In this document: piece by piece, positions 32,126-43,015 of the stretch
Numbering within the stretch: the first letter of the stretch is position 1
How the letters are laid out: the number at the start of each line of letters is the position of its first letter
Assembly (NCBI GenBank): GCA_965197925.1
Contig: CBDAOC010000019.1
Span: forward strand, 416,001-480,000
Reading direction: 5' to 3'
DNA length: 64,000 nt
Origin: Nitrososphaerales archaeon
Lineage (GTDB): Archaea; Thermoproteota; Nitrososphaeria; Nitrososphaerales; UBA213
Notes under the pieces: generated by a model
The model's input: only the letters and a program-made list of their open reading frames with translations
Databases searched by the model: none
Told to the model about the DNA's origin: nothing
Made by a program: the position numbers and the translations under genes

Positions 32126-33751
32126 ATGCAGAAAACAGAGACAAATTCTGACACAAAATATATTTTTGTCACTGGTGGTGTCATGTCCGGTTTGGGCAAG
32201 GGTATTACTACAGCTTCCCTTGCAAAACTACTGCAGTTATGCGGTTTAAAGGTTTCATGTATAAAGATTGATCCCTACTTGAATTTTGATGCCGGCACAA
32301 TGAACCCTATTACGCATGGAGAGGTATTTGTGACCAAAGATGGTGGTGAATGTGATATGGATATTGGAACTTATGAACGATTTTTGGATATCGATTTATT
32401 GAAGGACCATAACATCACCACAGCACAGATTTATTCCAAAGTAATAGAAAGGGAGAGGAGGGGAAAATATCTGGGACATTGTGTACAGATAATTCCACAT
32501 ATAACAGACGAGATAAAAAACAGAATCAGAACTACAGCGAAAAGTGATAATGTAGATGTGATGGTTGTAGAATGTGGTGGTACTGTTGGTGATATGGAAA
32601 GCCTTCCATTTCTAGAAGCAATGAGGCAAATGCGGTTGCAAGATGGTATAGATAATACGTTATTCGTGCATGTTACTTTGGCACCAATACTTGATGTTGT
32701 TGGTGAGATTAAAACCAAACCTACACAACACAGCGTTCAGGAGTTGCGAAGAATCGGAATACAGCCTGACATCATTGCAATAAGATCCAAGATCCCTTTA
32801 GATGGTGGCGTGATAAGGAAGATATCTATGTTTACAAATGTTGAAGAAAAAGCTGTAATTTCTAATCATGATTCCGTTTCTATTTATACAATTCCCGAAA
32901 TTTTGGAGGCCCAAGGTCTACACCTTACTATTATACGGAAGCTCAATCTTGATACGCAACCATTCAGGTGGAATGATTGGTCTGAAGTTTTAAATTCTTA
33001 CAAACATTTTGAGGATAAAGTAAAGATATTGATGGTTGGTAAGTATGTGAATTTAGAAGATAGTTATGTTAGTATTAACCATGCTCTTAGCAACGCTGGA
33101 GCAAAACTTGGATATGAAACAGATATAGAATTTGTAGATTCAGAACAACTTGAAGATGGTAATTTACAAATTTTAGATCATCATGATGGGATACTTGTTC
33201 CAGGAGGATTTGGCAAGCGTGGAAGTGAAGGAATAATAAACACGGCAAATTATGCAAGAGTGAAGAACATTCCCTTCTTGGGAATTTGTTTTGGTTTTCA
33301 ATTGGCCATTGTTGCTTTTGCAAGATATGAGTGTAATCTATCAGACGCAAATTCAACAGAAATTGATCCAGATACTAGAAATCCTGTAATCGATTTATTG
33401 CCAGAACAGAATGGTATTGATAACATGGGGGGTACGATGAGACTTGGTACACATGAAATTGATATAGTGCCAAATACAATTGCACACAATCTTTACAAAT
33501 TCAATAAGATAATGAAGAGACATAGACATAGATATGAGTTCAACCAGCAATATAGAGAGCAATTTGAGAAACTTGGGATGATATTTTCTGGTGCTAGTGA
33601 TGGCAGCAGGAGAATGGAAATATTGGAAATACCATATCAAAACTTCTATTTTGCGGTGCAGTATCATGCAGAATTTACAAGCAGACCAGCCAACCCAGAA
33701 GAAGCGTTTCTATCGTTCGTAAAAGCATCTATAAAGAATAAAAAGATTTAG
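32126..33751 (+). CDS. pyrG: CTP synthase
   Basis: FVTGGVMSGLGKG, KTKPTQHSV, GICFG, RHRHRYE. Confidence 0.98.
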   Translation: MQKTETNSDTKYIFVTGGVMSGLGKGITTASLAKLLQLCGLKVSCIKIDPYLNFDAGTMNPITHGEVFVTKDGGECDMDIGTYERFLDIDLLKDHNITTAQIYSKVIERERRGKYLGHCVQIIPHITDEIKNRIRTTAKSDNVDVMVVECGGTVGDMESLPFLEAMRQMRLQDGIDNTLFVHVTLAPILDVVGEIKTKPTQHSVQELRRIGIQPDIIAIRSKIPLDGGVIRKISMFTNVEEKAVISNHDSVSIYTIPEILEAQGLHLTIIRKLNLDTQPFRWNDWSEVLNSYKHFEDKVKILMVGKYVNLEDSYVSINHALSNAGAKLGYETDIEFVDSEQLEDGNLQILDHHDGILVPGGFGKRGSEGIINTANYARVKNIPFLGICFGFQLAIVAFARYECNLSDANSTEIDPDTRNPVIDLLPEQNGIDNMGGTMRLGTHEIDIVPNTIAHNLYKFNKIMKRHRHRYEFNQQYREQFEKLGMIFSGASDGSRRMEILEIPYQNFYFAVQYHAEFTSRPANPEEAFLSFVKASIKNKKI

Positions 33752-34746
33752 ATCTTAAGTTCATATGTTCTTTGTCTTGCATCCCTCAACGAAATTTTCT
33801 TCCTTACATAACCCTTATCCAATAAATAGCTCAAAGCAAGACGAACAGTTCTTTCAGGAAGCATGCTCCTTGATGCCAGCTCCTTCTGACCTAAAGCTCC
33901 TTCGTACTCAAGTGTTTTAAGTACTAATTTAGCACTTGGAGACATGCCAAGGAGATCTTCTGCTAGCCGTACTTTTTTTGCTATAAGTGATGTCGCAACA
34001 GAGTCCTCTGTAAGACTAATTAGCCTAGCTGGGAACTGGTGTTTCGAACACTCAAGCATTTTTCTTACCCTCAAACGCTTTCCGCCATCTAAAATTACCT
34101 CACAATGATACCTACTTGTAATATCGTTAATCTCAACTAAACTATCATCGGGCACAACTAGGGGTCTCCGTGTAACGTCAACGGAGCTTACAGATACTAT
34201 AACGAAAACTTTTGCCTTAGGAAGAACCATTGGACCACCAGCAGACATTGAATATGCAGTAGAACCTATTGGAGTGGATGCTATGATACCATCACTGTTA
34301 TCATGCCAAACATCTTCACCATTGACCTTCAACTTATGCTCCATCAAAATTGCACTTTTAGATGGAAAAATTGCAACATCGTTTAGAACCGGCTCTATAT
34401 CTTTGCCATCCACTTTAACTCCTATACGTGTAACTTCGTCAATATTGAAATCACCAGCTTTTAATCTAGTGATTGCCTTATTCAAGTTCTTGATCTCAAT
34501 TTGGGACAGGAAACCTGTAGAATCTGATTCGTGGACACCTAACACCGGAGGTGAATCAGTGATTATCTGATGAAAATAATGTAGTATTCCTTTATCTCCT
34601 CCTAAAACCATTACGATATCGGCATCTTTAGATGTGGCATAATGCCTCCCCATAACAAATGTTTGAATTCCCATACCTTCAAGCGTCTTTTTTATAAGAA
34701 TAAGGATATCATTGTTGAACTCGCCATCCATAATTGCAATACGCAT
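33748..34746 (-). CDS. NAD kinase with C-terminal winged-helix domain
   Basis: LGGDKG, VLND, DGII.STPIGSTAYSMSAGGP; SPSAKLVLKTLE wHTH. Confidence 0.88.
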   Translation of the reverse strand: MRIAIMDGEFNNDILILIKKTLEGMGIQTFVMGRHYATSKDADIVMVLGGDKGILHYFHQIITDSPPVLGVHESDSTGFLSQIEIKNLNKAITRLKAGDFNIDEVTRIGVKVDGKDIEPVLNDVAIFPSKSAILMEHKLKVNGEDVWHDNSDGIIASTPIGSTAYSMSAGGPMVLPKAKVFVIVSVSSVDVTRRPLVVPDDSLVEINDITSRYHCEVILDGGKRLRVRKMLECSKHQFPARLISLTEDSVATSLIAKKVRLAEDLLGMSPSAKLVLKTLEYEGALGQKELASRSMLPERTVRLALSYLLDKGYVRKKISLRDARQRTYELKI

Positions 34747-34787
34747 TAAAATTCATACTTGAATACTTTAATTTAAGTTTAGAAGTT

Positions 34788-35021
34788 TCAATCCTCAACT
34801 ACCATCATTGTTAAAGTAGATTTTATATGTGTCAGTTGTCTCACTTTCTCGAATACAGTTTCCTTTATTATTGACTGTGAATTACCTTCCATCATGACAA
34901 TGATATCATATGCACCATAAACCTCATAAATTTGTTTCACATTATCAATCTGTTTTAATTCATTTATTACTTCAGTATCTGTACCTGAATCCACGGAAAG
35001 CAGTACAATGGCTTTGGCCAT
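34788..35021 (-). CDS. Lrp/AsnC ligand-binding domain protein
   Basis: VYGAYDII...STLTMMV. Confidence 0.9.
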   Translation of the reverse strand: MAKAIVLLSVDSGTDTEVINELKQIDNVKQIYEVYGAYDIIVMMEGNSQSIIKETVFEKVRQLTHIKSTLTMMVVED

Positions 35022-35055
35022 AACATTAGTATAAGATACTAAATAAAAAACCTGC

Positions 35056-35934
35056 TTATCTGGTAAGCGATCTAATATTGTTATGAAGTATTGAAGCGTA
35101 CTCCTCCACTTCTTTTCTGGCGGGTAATTTTTCTATTCCTACCTTGTTTGTTTTCAATGCTACAATCGAAGCTGCAACTCCATGGCATAACGCCCATTGC
35201 ACGTCATTTGACTTCATATATGCAGACACATATGCGCCAGCAAAAATATCACCAGCGCCAGTTGAATCAATGGCGTCAACAGTTTCCGTAATAATTTCAT
35301 ATAAGTGCTGGTTATGCAACATCAGCGTTCTGTTATCGATCGTCATTATTGCAGTCTTGACATATAATTTGTATATAGCATCTATACCACGTAGGCCTGT
35401 GAGTGCAAAAGCCTCTTCCTTATCAACCTTGATTACATCTATGTTTAATTTGGAAAGATCAATTATGGATTTTTCAACATAACACCTACCCCCATCTCTA
35501 ACTTTCCTTAATAGACCTTGAGGATCAAGGAACATAATGTTTGTTCTTTTAGACAATTTGTTTATTACATCACCATTTACTTCTCCAATTATAGGACTTA
35601 CTATACATCCATCACTATCAACATTAACGTCATGAACAGTTAAATCAGCACATCTTTCTAGAAGGAAAAGCTTTCTTTCATTTCCATTAATCACAATCTT
35701 AAATCTGGTGGTAAGCTCATCTGTTTGGCAGTTATCTGAGATGAAGAGACCCCTTCTACTTAACAGATCCTTATAATCAAAGTCAATACCGATTTTGGTC
35801 AGCAGATTCACATCATGAGAGAATGATTTTATCATTAACCCACTATAGGTAACGGGACCGCCAACAGTTTCCTTATTTAACCTATTACTCTGAATGTGAT
35901 CAATGGTCATATGCGAAACGACAGTTACATCCAC
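35056..35934 (-). CDS. PfkB-family carbohydrate kinase
   Basis: GGPVTYS, DPQG, DSTGAGD. Confidence 0.92.
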   Translation of the reverse strand: MDVTVVSHMTIDHIQSNRLNKETVGGPVTYSGLMIKSFSHDVNLLTKIGIDFDYKDLLSRRGLFISDNCQTDELTTRFKIVINGNERKLFLLERCADLTVHDVNVDSDGCIVSPIIGEVNGDVINKLSKRTNIMFLDPQGLLRKVRDGGRCYVEKSIIDLSKLNIDVIKVDKEEAFALTGLRGIDAIYKLYVKTAIMTIDNRTLMLHNQHLYEIITETVDAIDSTGAGDIFAGAYVSAYMKSNDVQWALCHGVAASIVALKTNKVGIEKLPARKEVEEYASILHNNIRSLTR

Positions 35935-36460
35935 AATAATATTTCTTGAGTATGATAATATAATTTATAGGGAAATCTGATATTATCATAGACAAACTCT
36001 GGATGAGATCTCTCAAGGCAAGATTTATTCTATTATAGAAGGTAATACATAACGTCTCAAAATATGTTTTGAATGTTTAGAACGATCTGGCATCTCCGTA
36101 AAGACAAGAAGACAAATTTTTTAAAATCTATTTTTTATACAAACTATTACTAGATAATATTATTGGTAAGTCTAGAGATATGAAAAGAGCGTTAGATAAT
36201 ACAATTTTATACTTTCAAGTTTTTATCTGCTTGGAATTGATGAAGGTATTATTATTTGATTAGAACAATCACATTAGATAACTTTCTAAATTGTTCGATA
36301 TCAATATATTTAACCGATGCCATTTATTGAGTTCAGAATTGGATTGGTTCTAAATTCAATTGAATCTTAACCATACACTTTCCCACTTCAATTCTATTCC
36401 ATTGTATTATACCAATAAAGGAACACAACACTTAAAACATATTGCCAGGGTGTGAAATAC

Positions 36461-36748
36461 ATGCCAAAGAAAAGAACCAGCAGGGGTCGTTCTAAGGGTG
36501 GAAAGGGTCGTGCAAGTTTAATTCAATGTACCAATTGCGCTCGATGGGTTCCTCGAGATAAGGCAAAGAAGGTTACCCAGAGGTTAAGTTTGGTAGAACC
36601 ACAATTGGCAAAGGAACTTAGGGCAAGTGGAACATACATCGCGGCCCCAACTATAGTAAAAACCTACTGTGTATCATGTGCAGTGTTCTTCGGTGTCGTG
36701 AAGGTTAGGTCGGAGAAGGATCGAAGAATGACAGGTAGACTGCGTTAA
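36461..36748 (+). CDS. rps26e: 30S ribosomal protein S26e
   Basis: MPKKRTSRGR, CTNC..VPRDKAKK, YCVSCA. Confidence 0.97.
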   Translation: MPKKRTSRGRSKGGKGRASLIQCTNCARWVPRDKAKKVTQRLSLVEPQLAKELRASGTYIAAPTIVKTYCVSCAVFFGVVKVRSEKDRRMTGRLR

Positions 36749-37329
36749 GTTTGCTTCATGTGTGAAACAACGAAAACGAGTCTCTGAATAAAGGTTATGC
36801 CTGCTATTATCGCTACTACCATTATTCCATATTGGATTAAACCAGCAATGCTAAAGATGGCTATAACAATCAAGCGTTCGGCTCTTTCACCGATTCCTAT
36901 CCCTTTAAGCTCAATCTTTAGTGATTCGGCTCTTGCTCTGGTATAACTGACCAATAAGGAGAGGGCTAATGCAAGTAACACCAATTTATCATCCGCAAAT
37001 CCGCCATAAAGTATGCCAAGAAATATAGCAGTTTCTGCAACCTTGTCAAAAGTCGAATCCAAAAATGCTCCCTTGGATGAGACTTGTTTAGTTGCTCTAG
37101 CAACACTACCATCAACGATATCGAAGAAACCTGAGATCAGTAAAGCTATGCCACCGTAAATTGGTGCATACATTATTCCGACCTTAACACTTGTATATAA
37201 TAGTGAAGATAAAATTGCAAGTGTAAAACTAATAATAGTACAGATATTCGGAGATAGTCCGCTGGCAGCGAGCTTCAGTCCCAGCTTATTCATTGCTGGT
37301 TCTATTCTATCCCTTAATCGGTTCAGCAA
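36745..37329 (-). CDS. CDP-alcohol phosphatidyltransferase
   Basis: DIVDGSVARA...GAFLDSTFD, SYTRARAE. Confidence 0.92.
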   Translation of the reverse strand: MLNRLRDRIEPAMNKLGLKLAASGLSPNICTIISFTLAILSSLLYTSVKVGIMYAPIYGGIALLISGFFDIVDGSVARATKQVSSKGAFLDSTFDKVAETAIFLGILYGGFADDKLVLLALALSLLVSYTRARAESLKIELKGIGIGERAERLIVIAIFSIAGLIQYGIMVVAIIAGITFIQRLVFVVSHMKQT

Positions 37330-37385
37330 TGTTATTTTTGTTATTTAACAAGTATTTATAGGCTAGCGGTAAATGAAGAAAGTGA

Positions 37386-37604
37386 ATGGGTAAGGTTAGT
37401 AAAGGGATAAAATGTAGTGTCAATAATTGTAACGATAACTCAGTTAGATCATTAAGCGCTAACAGAGTAAAAGATGTGGGCCTTGATGTTTATTCTGGCT
37501 CAAAGCAATCTTATCTTTGCAAGGAACATTATAAACAATGGAAGAAAGTAATGAAACAAGAAAAAAAAGATGACGTTTCATTGCGGTATGGTGGAGAATC
37601 CTAG
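37386..37604 (+). CDS. small zinc-binding hypothetical protein
   Basis: CSVNNC...YLCKEHYK. Confidence 0.8.
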   Translation: MGKVSKGIKCSVNNCNDNSVRSLSANRVKDVGLDVYSGSKQSYLCKEHYKQWKKVMKQEKKDDVSLRYGGES

Positions 37605-37650
37605 TCATATTTGTTAGAAAGTTTTAATTCAACATATTTGTTCACTAGAT

Positions 37651-39504
37651 ATGCGAATATTACAATTACATTGCAATTTCATAGAGTATGAACCAATCGA
37701 TAAAGAGATAGTATTGGCTGAGGATATTAAGAAGGAAAAAATTAGACTAGAGGATTTAGTTGTTGTATTGGTTGCTGTTGAAAATGAAGATGATGAGAAT
37801 GTGGTTAGAACAGCAGTTGACGAAATAAAAAAATCCTGCTCGAACTTGAAATGTAATAGCCTATTGATATATCCTTATGCACACCTGAGCTCAAATTTGG
37901 CGACTCCTGGCTCTGCTTTGAATATATTAAAGTCTATGGAATCACTTGCAAAGGATGGAATAGAAGTTTACAGGGCACCCTTTGGATGGACAAAATCATT
38001 TAACATTAGCGTCAAGGGTCATCCGTTGGCTGAGCATTCAAGCGTAATATCAAGACAAACTCCAAAAGAAGGCGTTTCCTCTGCCCTAAAGGCCGAGGAG
38101 AAACTGGTATCATATTGGTATATATTGGATCCAGAGGGTAATTTAACAACCCTGGAGAAATACAATTTTTCACCCAAGGAAAGATTAGAGGTGTTAGCAA
38201 ATTATGAAACTGTAAAGCAACGAACTGGTGACAGCCTATCCCCACATATGATATTAATGAAGAAACTGGCAATAGCAGATTATGAGCCAGCGTCTGATTC
38301 TGGAAACTTGCGTTTTTATCCCAATGGTAGATTGATCAAATCATTAATAGAACAATTTGTTACCAACAAAGTAATGGAATATGGTGGCATAGAAGTTGAG
38401 ACGCCTATAATGTACGATGCAAAACATCCTAGTATGGAGAGTTATTTTAACAGATTCCCTGCCAGACAGTATAACATAACTGAAGAAGGTAAACGATTGT
38501 TTCTAAGATTTGCAGCTTGTTTCGGTCAATTTCTTATGGCTAAAGATTTTCAAATATCATACAAAAATTTACCCCTAAAGCTCTACGAACTAACAAGATA
38601 CAGTTTCAGGAAAGAAAAGAGTGGCGAATTAGTTGGTCTAAGAAGATTACGAGCTTTTACTATGCCTGATTGCCATGCTTTATGTAAAGATATGGAACAA
38701 GCGAAGCAGGAAGCTATACGGAGGTTCAAATTGTCATTAAACGTGATCAACGAGTTGGGGTTAACAATTGACGATATTGAAATGGTTCTACGATGTACTC
38801 AAGAATTTTACTCCTTAAATAAAGAGTTCGTTCATGAGCTCGTAAGAATGTTTGGTAAACCCATTTTGGTGGAGTATTGGAAGGAGAGGTTTTTTTATTT
38901 CACTTTAAAATGGGAATTCAATTTCATTGATAATTTAGGTAAAGCATCTGCGTTATCAACAGACCAGATAGATGTAGAAAATGGCGCAAGATATAATATA
39001 TTTTTTGTTGATGAAGATGGTTCCAAAAAAAATCCCATCATTCTTCATAATTCTCCAAGTGGGGCAGTAGAGCGTATTATTTACACACTGCTAGAAAAGG
39101 CTGCCAAAGCTCAGAAGGAAGGTAAAACACCCACTTTGCCAATTTGGCTTGCGCCTACACAGATCAGAATTCTACCGGTTTCGAATAAATACCTTCAGAT
39201 TTGTGAAAAACTACTGGAAAAGTTGGAAAAAACACAGATAAGGATTGATCTCGATGATAGGGACGAAACACTTGGAAAAAGAATAAGAGAGGCGGAAAAA
39301 GAATGGATACCGTATATAATAGTAATAGGAGATAAAGAAATGAAGAGTGACAAGTTAAGTGTTAGGGATAGATTTTCAGGCAAAGTAAGGGAAATAAAAA
39401 CTAGTGAACTCATAAAGGAGATCAATGATGCAAGTATTGACAAGCCATTCATGCCTTTGAATATGGTCAAGTATATATCAAAAAGACCACAAATAGCGGT
39501 GTAG
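37651..39504 (+). CDS. thrS: threonine--tRNA ligase, archaeal type
   Basis: YPYAHLS editing domain, LRFAACFG, RLRAFTMPDCH. Confidence 0.97.
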   Translation: MRILQLHCNFIEYEPIDKEIVLAEDIKKEKIRLEDLVVVLVAVENEDDENVVRTAVDEIKKSCSNLKCNSLLIYPYAHLSSNLATPGSALNILKSMESLAKDGIEVYRAPFGWTKSFNISVKGHPLAEHSSVISRQTPKEGVSSALKAEEKLVSYWYILDPEGNLTTLEKYNFSPKERLEVLANYETVKQRTGDSLSPHMILMKKLAIADYEPASDSGNLRFYPNGRLIKSLIEQFVTNKVMEYGGIEVETPIMYDAKHPSMESYFNRFPARQYNITEEGKRLFLRFAACFGQFLMAKDFQISYKNLPLKLYELTRYSFRKEKSGELVGLRRLRAFTMPDCHALCKDMEQAKQEAIRRFKLSLNVINELGLTIDDIEMVLRCTQEFYSLNKEFVHELVRMFGKPILVEYWKERFFYFTLKWEFNFIDNLGKASALSTDQIDVENGARYNIFFVDEDGSKKNPIILHNSPSGAVERIIYTLLEKAAKAQKEGKTPTLPIWLAPTQIRILPVSNKYLQICEKLLEKLEKTQIRIDLDDRDETLGKRIREAEKEWIPYIIVIGDKEMKSDKLSVRDRFSGKVREIKTSELIKEINDASIDKPFMPLNMVKYISKRPQIAV

Positions 39505-39510
39505 TATGCA

Positions 39511-40381
39511 CAACTCATCTCAAAACTAACCATTTAGACAATTTTTAGCGGCCATTTAGATCTATGAATAGCGACATCTAAAATTATTTTATGAAATTCC
39601 AAGAATTATCAGACAAACAGTGGAGTATGATGGAATCACACATACCACCACATGCAAAAACTGGCAGGCCTAGGGATTATGATAGAAAAATCATTAACGG
39701 AATAATCCATGTTCTAACTACTGGATGCCGATGGGACGATATGCCAAAAAGATATGGTGATGATTCTACTGCAAACAGAAGGTTAAACAAATGGCAACAA
39801 AAAGGAATCTGGAAAAAGATTCTATCGCGTACTATTCACTCAGCACATAAATCTGGCAAAATTAATCTACAAATATCAGTTGACTCTTCATCCATTCCTG
39901 ATAAAAAAGGGGCAATGTAACTGGATATAATGGATTCAAGAGAATAACAGGTACAAAAATACATGCCGCAGTAGAGAGTAACGGATTTCCAATATCCATA
40001 CTGTTGAGTCCAGCAAATGAACATGACAGTACAAAATGCATGGATGTTACAGGATCAATTTCAGACTATCTTGATGATGATTCAATACAACAGATAGAAC
40101 CAGTTTATGCAGACAAAATGATGCAAAATACATCAGAATGTATTTGTGGGATAGAAATATTGCATGTTGCATCCCATACAAAATAAATTCCAAGTTCATC
40201 TTGCAAAATAATGATTGCAAACATTACAGCAAGACAAGATTTGTAGTTGAGAGATTCCTTGCATGGCTCAAGAATGGATTTCACAGAACAAGAATCAGAT
40301 ATGAAAGAACGGCAGAAAACTACCTGGCATTTGTTAATCTTGCATCATTTTTGATGTATTGTAGGGTTTTGAGATGAGTTG
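39511..40381 (+). mobile_element. IS5-family (IS427-like) element Y, truncates the copy-2 integrase
   Basis: TIRs CAACTCATCTCAAAAC; inverted relative to X. Confidence 0.92.
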
Positions 40382-41410
40382 ATAATAATCACTTAATGCC
40401 GATGCAAGTTCTCTCTCCAATGCGATGACACGTGCATTGTTGCCAATATCACTAGTACAAAATGTTGCACCGTGCTTCACACGCTTGATTATTTCAATGA
40501 CCTTGGGATGTATTGCCATCTTGTCGAAAGCACGGTCTGTCTTGGACTCGTATAACGGCATGATTGCGTATTCATCATGAACGCCCCTGGCATCGATTGG
40601 CTTGATCTCAAATTTGTTCACCATTGTAATCCCCGTCTTGGTCCTGGGAAAGACCTCGTGCATCACTCCAAATAATTCTTCAAAACCATAACCATGCATG
40701 AACTTCAACCCTCGTTCAAACTCCCTATCTGTAAGCTTCACATTGGCATATGCGCCAAAACGCTTCTTCTTGCCAGACATGATGCCTGTGATTCCACGTG
40801 GAATTGCAACACCATTCCTGATCATGAAATTACGGGTTGATGATACATAATTGGTTATCTCTCTGGCACCAAAATCGATATTATTGTTGAATTGATGTGC
40901 ATGCCTTGTCTCACCTGCCTTGAACATTCTTTCAAACTCCTTTAGCAGGGCAACGCTTGTATCAATATCTTGTAGGAATGCATCCGGGTGAACATTCAGC
41001 GTGTTGCATACAACGTTCAAACCCTGTATCATATGATTAACCGATACCGCTGGCTGCCCATTCTTTCCAGCGGTCATCAAGTCGTTGAACCATTTCTGGA
41101 CTGATGGAATCTGTAAGAATTGAGACTTTGCCATTTCTGCATATTGTACCTGCTTCCTGTCCTGTTCTGACCTAAGTAGACGACCAGTTGTAGGATCTTT
41201 TTGTAGCTTGCCTTCCCTGACCAACATTTGCCATAGTTCCCATACCCACTGTTCCGAACGGTTGATCAACTTTGCAATCTCCTGCCTGTTCTTTGGCATG
41301 ATACCCTTCGATCGATTGCCGACCGTATGCTCATAGACTTGCTGCAGTAGTTGTTGTTTATCCTGTGGTTTCTTTACACGTTGTTTATCCCAGGAGAATC
41401 TAGTTCTTAT
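40382..41410 (-). pseudogene. integrase copy 2, catalytic C-terminus removed
   Basis: High identity to 8703-10103 up to ALSDYY, then IS. Confidence 0.85.
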
Positions 41411-41550
41411 GCTCCCTCACCTTGATGGCATTCCATGCACAAAAATTCATGGTTGGTTGGATTCGAGCAATCGCACCTCTCTATCGTACTGTGAAAGTTA
41501 CATCCAGCGCATCTTATCTTATGCTCATGTATTGATGTGTTGGTAGTCAT
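41407..41550 (-). CDS. 47-aa zinc-finger microprotein
   Basis: MTTNTSIHEHKIRCAGCNFHSTIERCDCSNPTNHEFLCMECHQGEGA. Confidence 0.75.
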   Translation of the reverse strand: MTTNTSIHEHKIRCAGCNFHSTIERCDCSNPTNHEFLCMECHQGEGA

Positions 41551-41708
41551 GCTTTGGTCTCCAGCTTGTCTAGTTTTTCACGAATAACTAAATCGATAAA
41601 TTGGTTAGTATTAGTCATGCTTGGGTCGGTCTTCTTTTTGATTAGATCTTTGATTCTTTTTGCTAACTCATCTCTTAGCCGTGCTGTCGTCCAACCTTTT
41701 ACTGTCAT
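41547..41708 (-). CDS. ribbon-helix-helix regulator (53 aa)
   Basis: MTVKGWTTARLRDELAKRIKDLI...NQFIDLVIREKL; same position as 10240-10428. Confidence 0.7.
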   Translation of the reverse strand: MTVKGWTTARLRDELAKRIKDLIKKKTDPSMTNTNQFIDLVIREKLDKLETKA

Positions 41709-41760
41709 ACTATAAATATACTATAAATCCTATTTAAATGTTTATAGTATATTTATAGTA
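41708..41760. promoter_or_regulatory. operator-like repeats in the divergent promoter
   Basis: TACTATAAA twice, TATTTAAA, then TTTATAGTA twice (inverted). Confidence 0.6.
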
Positions 41761-41827
41761 TTTTTTCACAACATAGAATTAAAAATCAGGCATAGCCTTT
41801 TATTAAAATATCTGGTAATAATACTAT

Positions 41828-42214
41828 ATGGTAAAAGAAACATGGTCAGCAGCTAATGTGAGAATTTCGTTACTTCGCAGAATTAAAAAAGCGTTAGAGT
41901 CAGAAGAAGCAAAAGAAGAAGGGTTAAACAACGTTAATCAATTCATTGATTCGGCAATACGAGATCTATTAGAAAAATTAGAATCCGAACGCTTCAAGCA
42001 TATAAACATGTACAACGACCACGTAAAAATTATGGACAACAAGCTTGGTAAATTGGGCAGAATCGTATCTGTATACTTTAAGAAAGGAGGTAATCAATGG
42101 TGCGACTACTGTGAGGAATCAGACTGTATCCATGTCCAGTACGCATGGGAGATTGCAGACGTACGGAAGATTCTGGAAAAACGTGGGTTTAGTCCTCCTC
42201 CGTCAAGGGTCTGA
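41828..42214 (+). CDS. RHH regulator with C-terminal zinc domain
   Basis: C-terminal half near-identical to 10538-10915; N-terminal half different. Confidence 0.8.
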   Translation: MVKETWSAANVRISLLRRIKKALESEEAKEEGLNNVNQFIDSAIRDLLEKLESERFKHINMYNDHVKIMDNKLGKLGRIVSVYFKKGGNQWCDYCEESDCIHVQYAWEIADVRKILEKRGFSPPPSRV

Positions 42215-42248
42215 CTCTTGCTAGATAGTTTGATTTCAGAATCCTGAA

Positions 42249-42620
42249 TTACAGTGTAGTTATATTATCATGGGAATAAGCCAGGGTTTCATGCCTGGGG
42301 AGGTTCTGCATCCAGAGGGCGATGATCTTGATTGGAATTTTATAGGTTACCCCCTTGCGTTCTATTGTGACAGAGATGTTGTGCTCCGGGAACAACATGA
42401 ATCTTTCCGCCTGCCGCCTGTATTGTCTTGCCGCAAGATTTAATGTGCCTTCCAGCCACCTGTTATTTTTTTTGTACAGCCTGACCTTGCCGAAACAGCA
42501 TACACACCGATCCTCGATTACGCTGGCATGATGCCTGCAGTTCTCACAGAACACTACATGCCTTCGTCTATCTTTAAAACTTGATTTGAGTTTTCTGCAT
42601 TTAATTTGAACACTGTTTAT
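42249..42620 (-). CDS. Cys-rich element protein (GTG at 42554 or ATA at 42620)
   Basis: FCENCRHH...CVCC; conserved in copy 1. Confidence 0.7.
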   Translation of the reverse strand: MNSVQIKCRKLKSSFKDRRRHVVFCENCRHHASVIEDRCVCCFGKVRLYKKNNRWLEGTLNLAARQYRRQAERFMLFPEHNISVTIERKGVTYKIPIKIIALWMQNLPRHETLAYSHDNITTL

Positions 42621-42997
42621 TCCTGCCCATCCTTGGGGGCAAACATCTTGTTGATGTCTTTCTTGCCCTTTACATCACCATCGTACTCATAGCGCACCTT
42701 GGTCTGTGTCAGCTCCTTTATCAAGGCACCATTGATTGACCTGGTCGCAGTCAGTGACCTGATGAACAGGTTGTAATAATCCCTTGCAAGGTGCCTTAGT
42801 TTCGGCGGCAGTGCATGAATCAATAACGGTATGTGCTCTATCTCAAAAACTACCAGGGGAAGTGCATCCGTGCTTATCATTGAAGAGTAGAGCTGTCTCA
42901 GGAGATCCGGGTAGTAGCTATCGCCCTGCCTGTTGCTGTTGCTCTCCTGTATAAGTTCCATCAGCCTATCGCTGGACATGTCCTGGTTATGCAGCAC
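42617..42997 (-). CDS. element hypothetical protein
   Basis: 126 aa; conserved in copy 1. Confidence 0.75.
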   Translation of the reverse strand: MLHNQDMSSDRLMELIQESNSNRQGDSYYPDLLRQLYSSMISTDALPLVVFEIEHIPLLIHALPPKLRHLARDYYNLFIRSLTATRSINGALIKELTQTKVRYEYDGDVKGKKDINKMFAPKDGQE

Positions 42998-43015
42998 ATG
43001 GTTATAACGTTGAAA

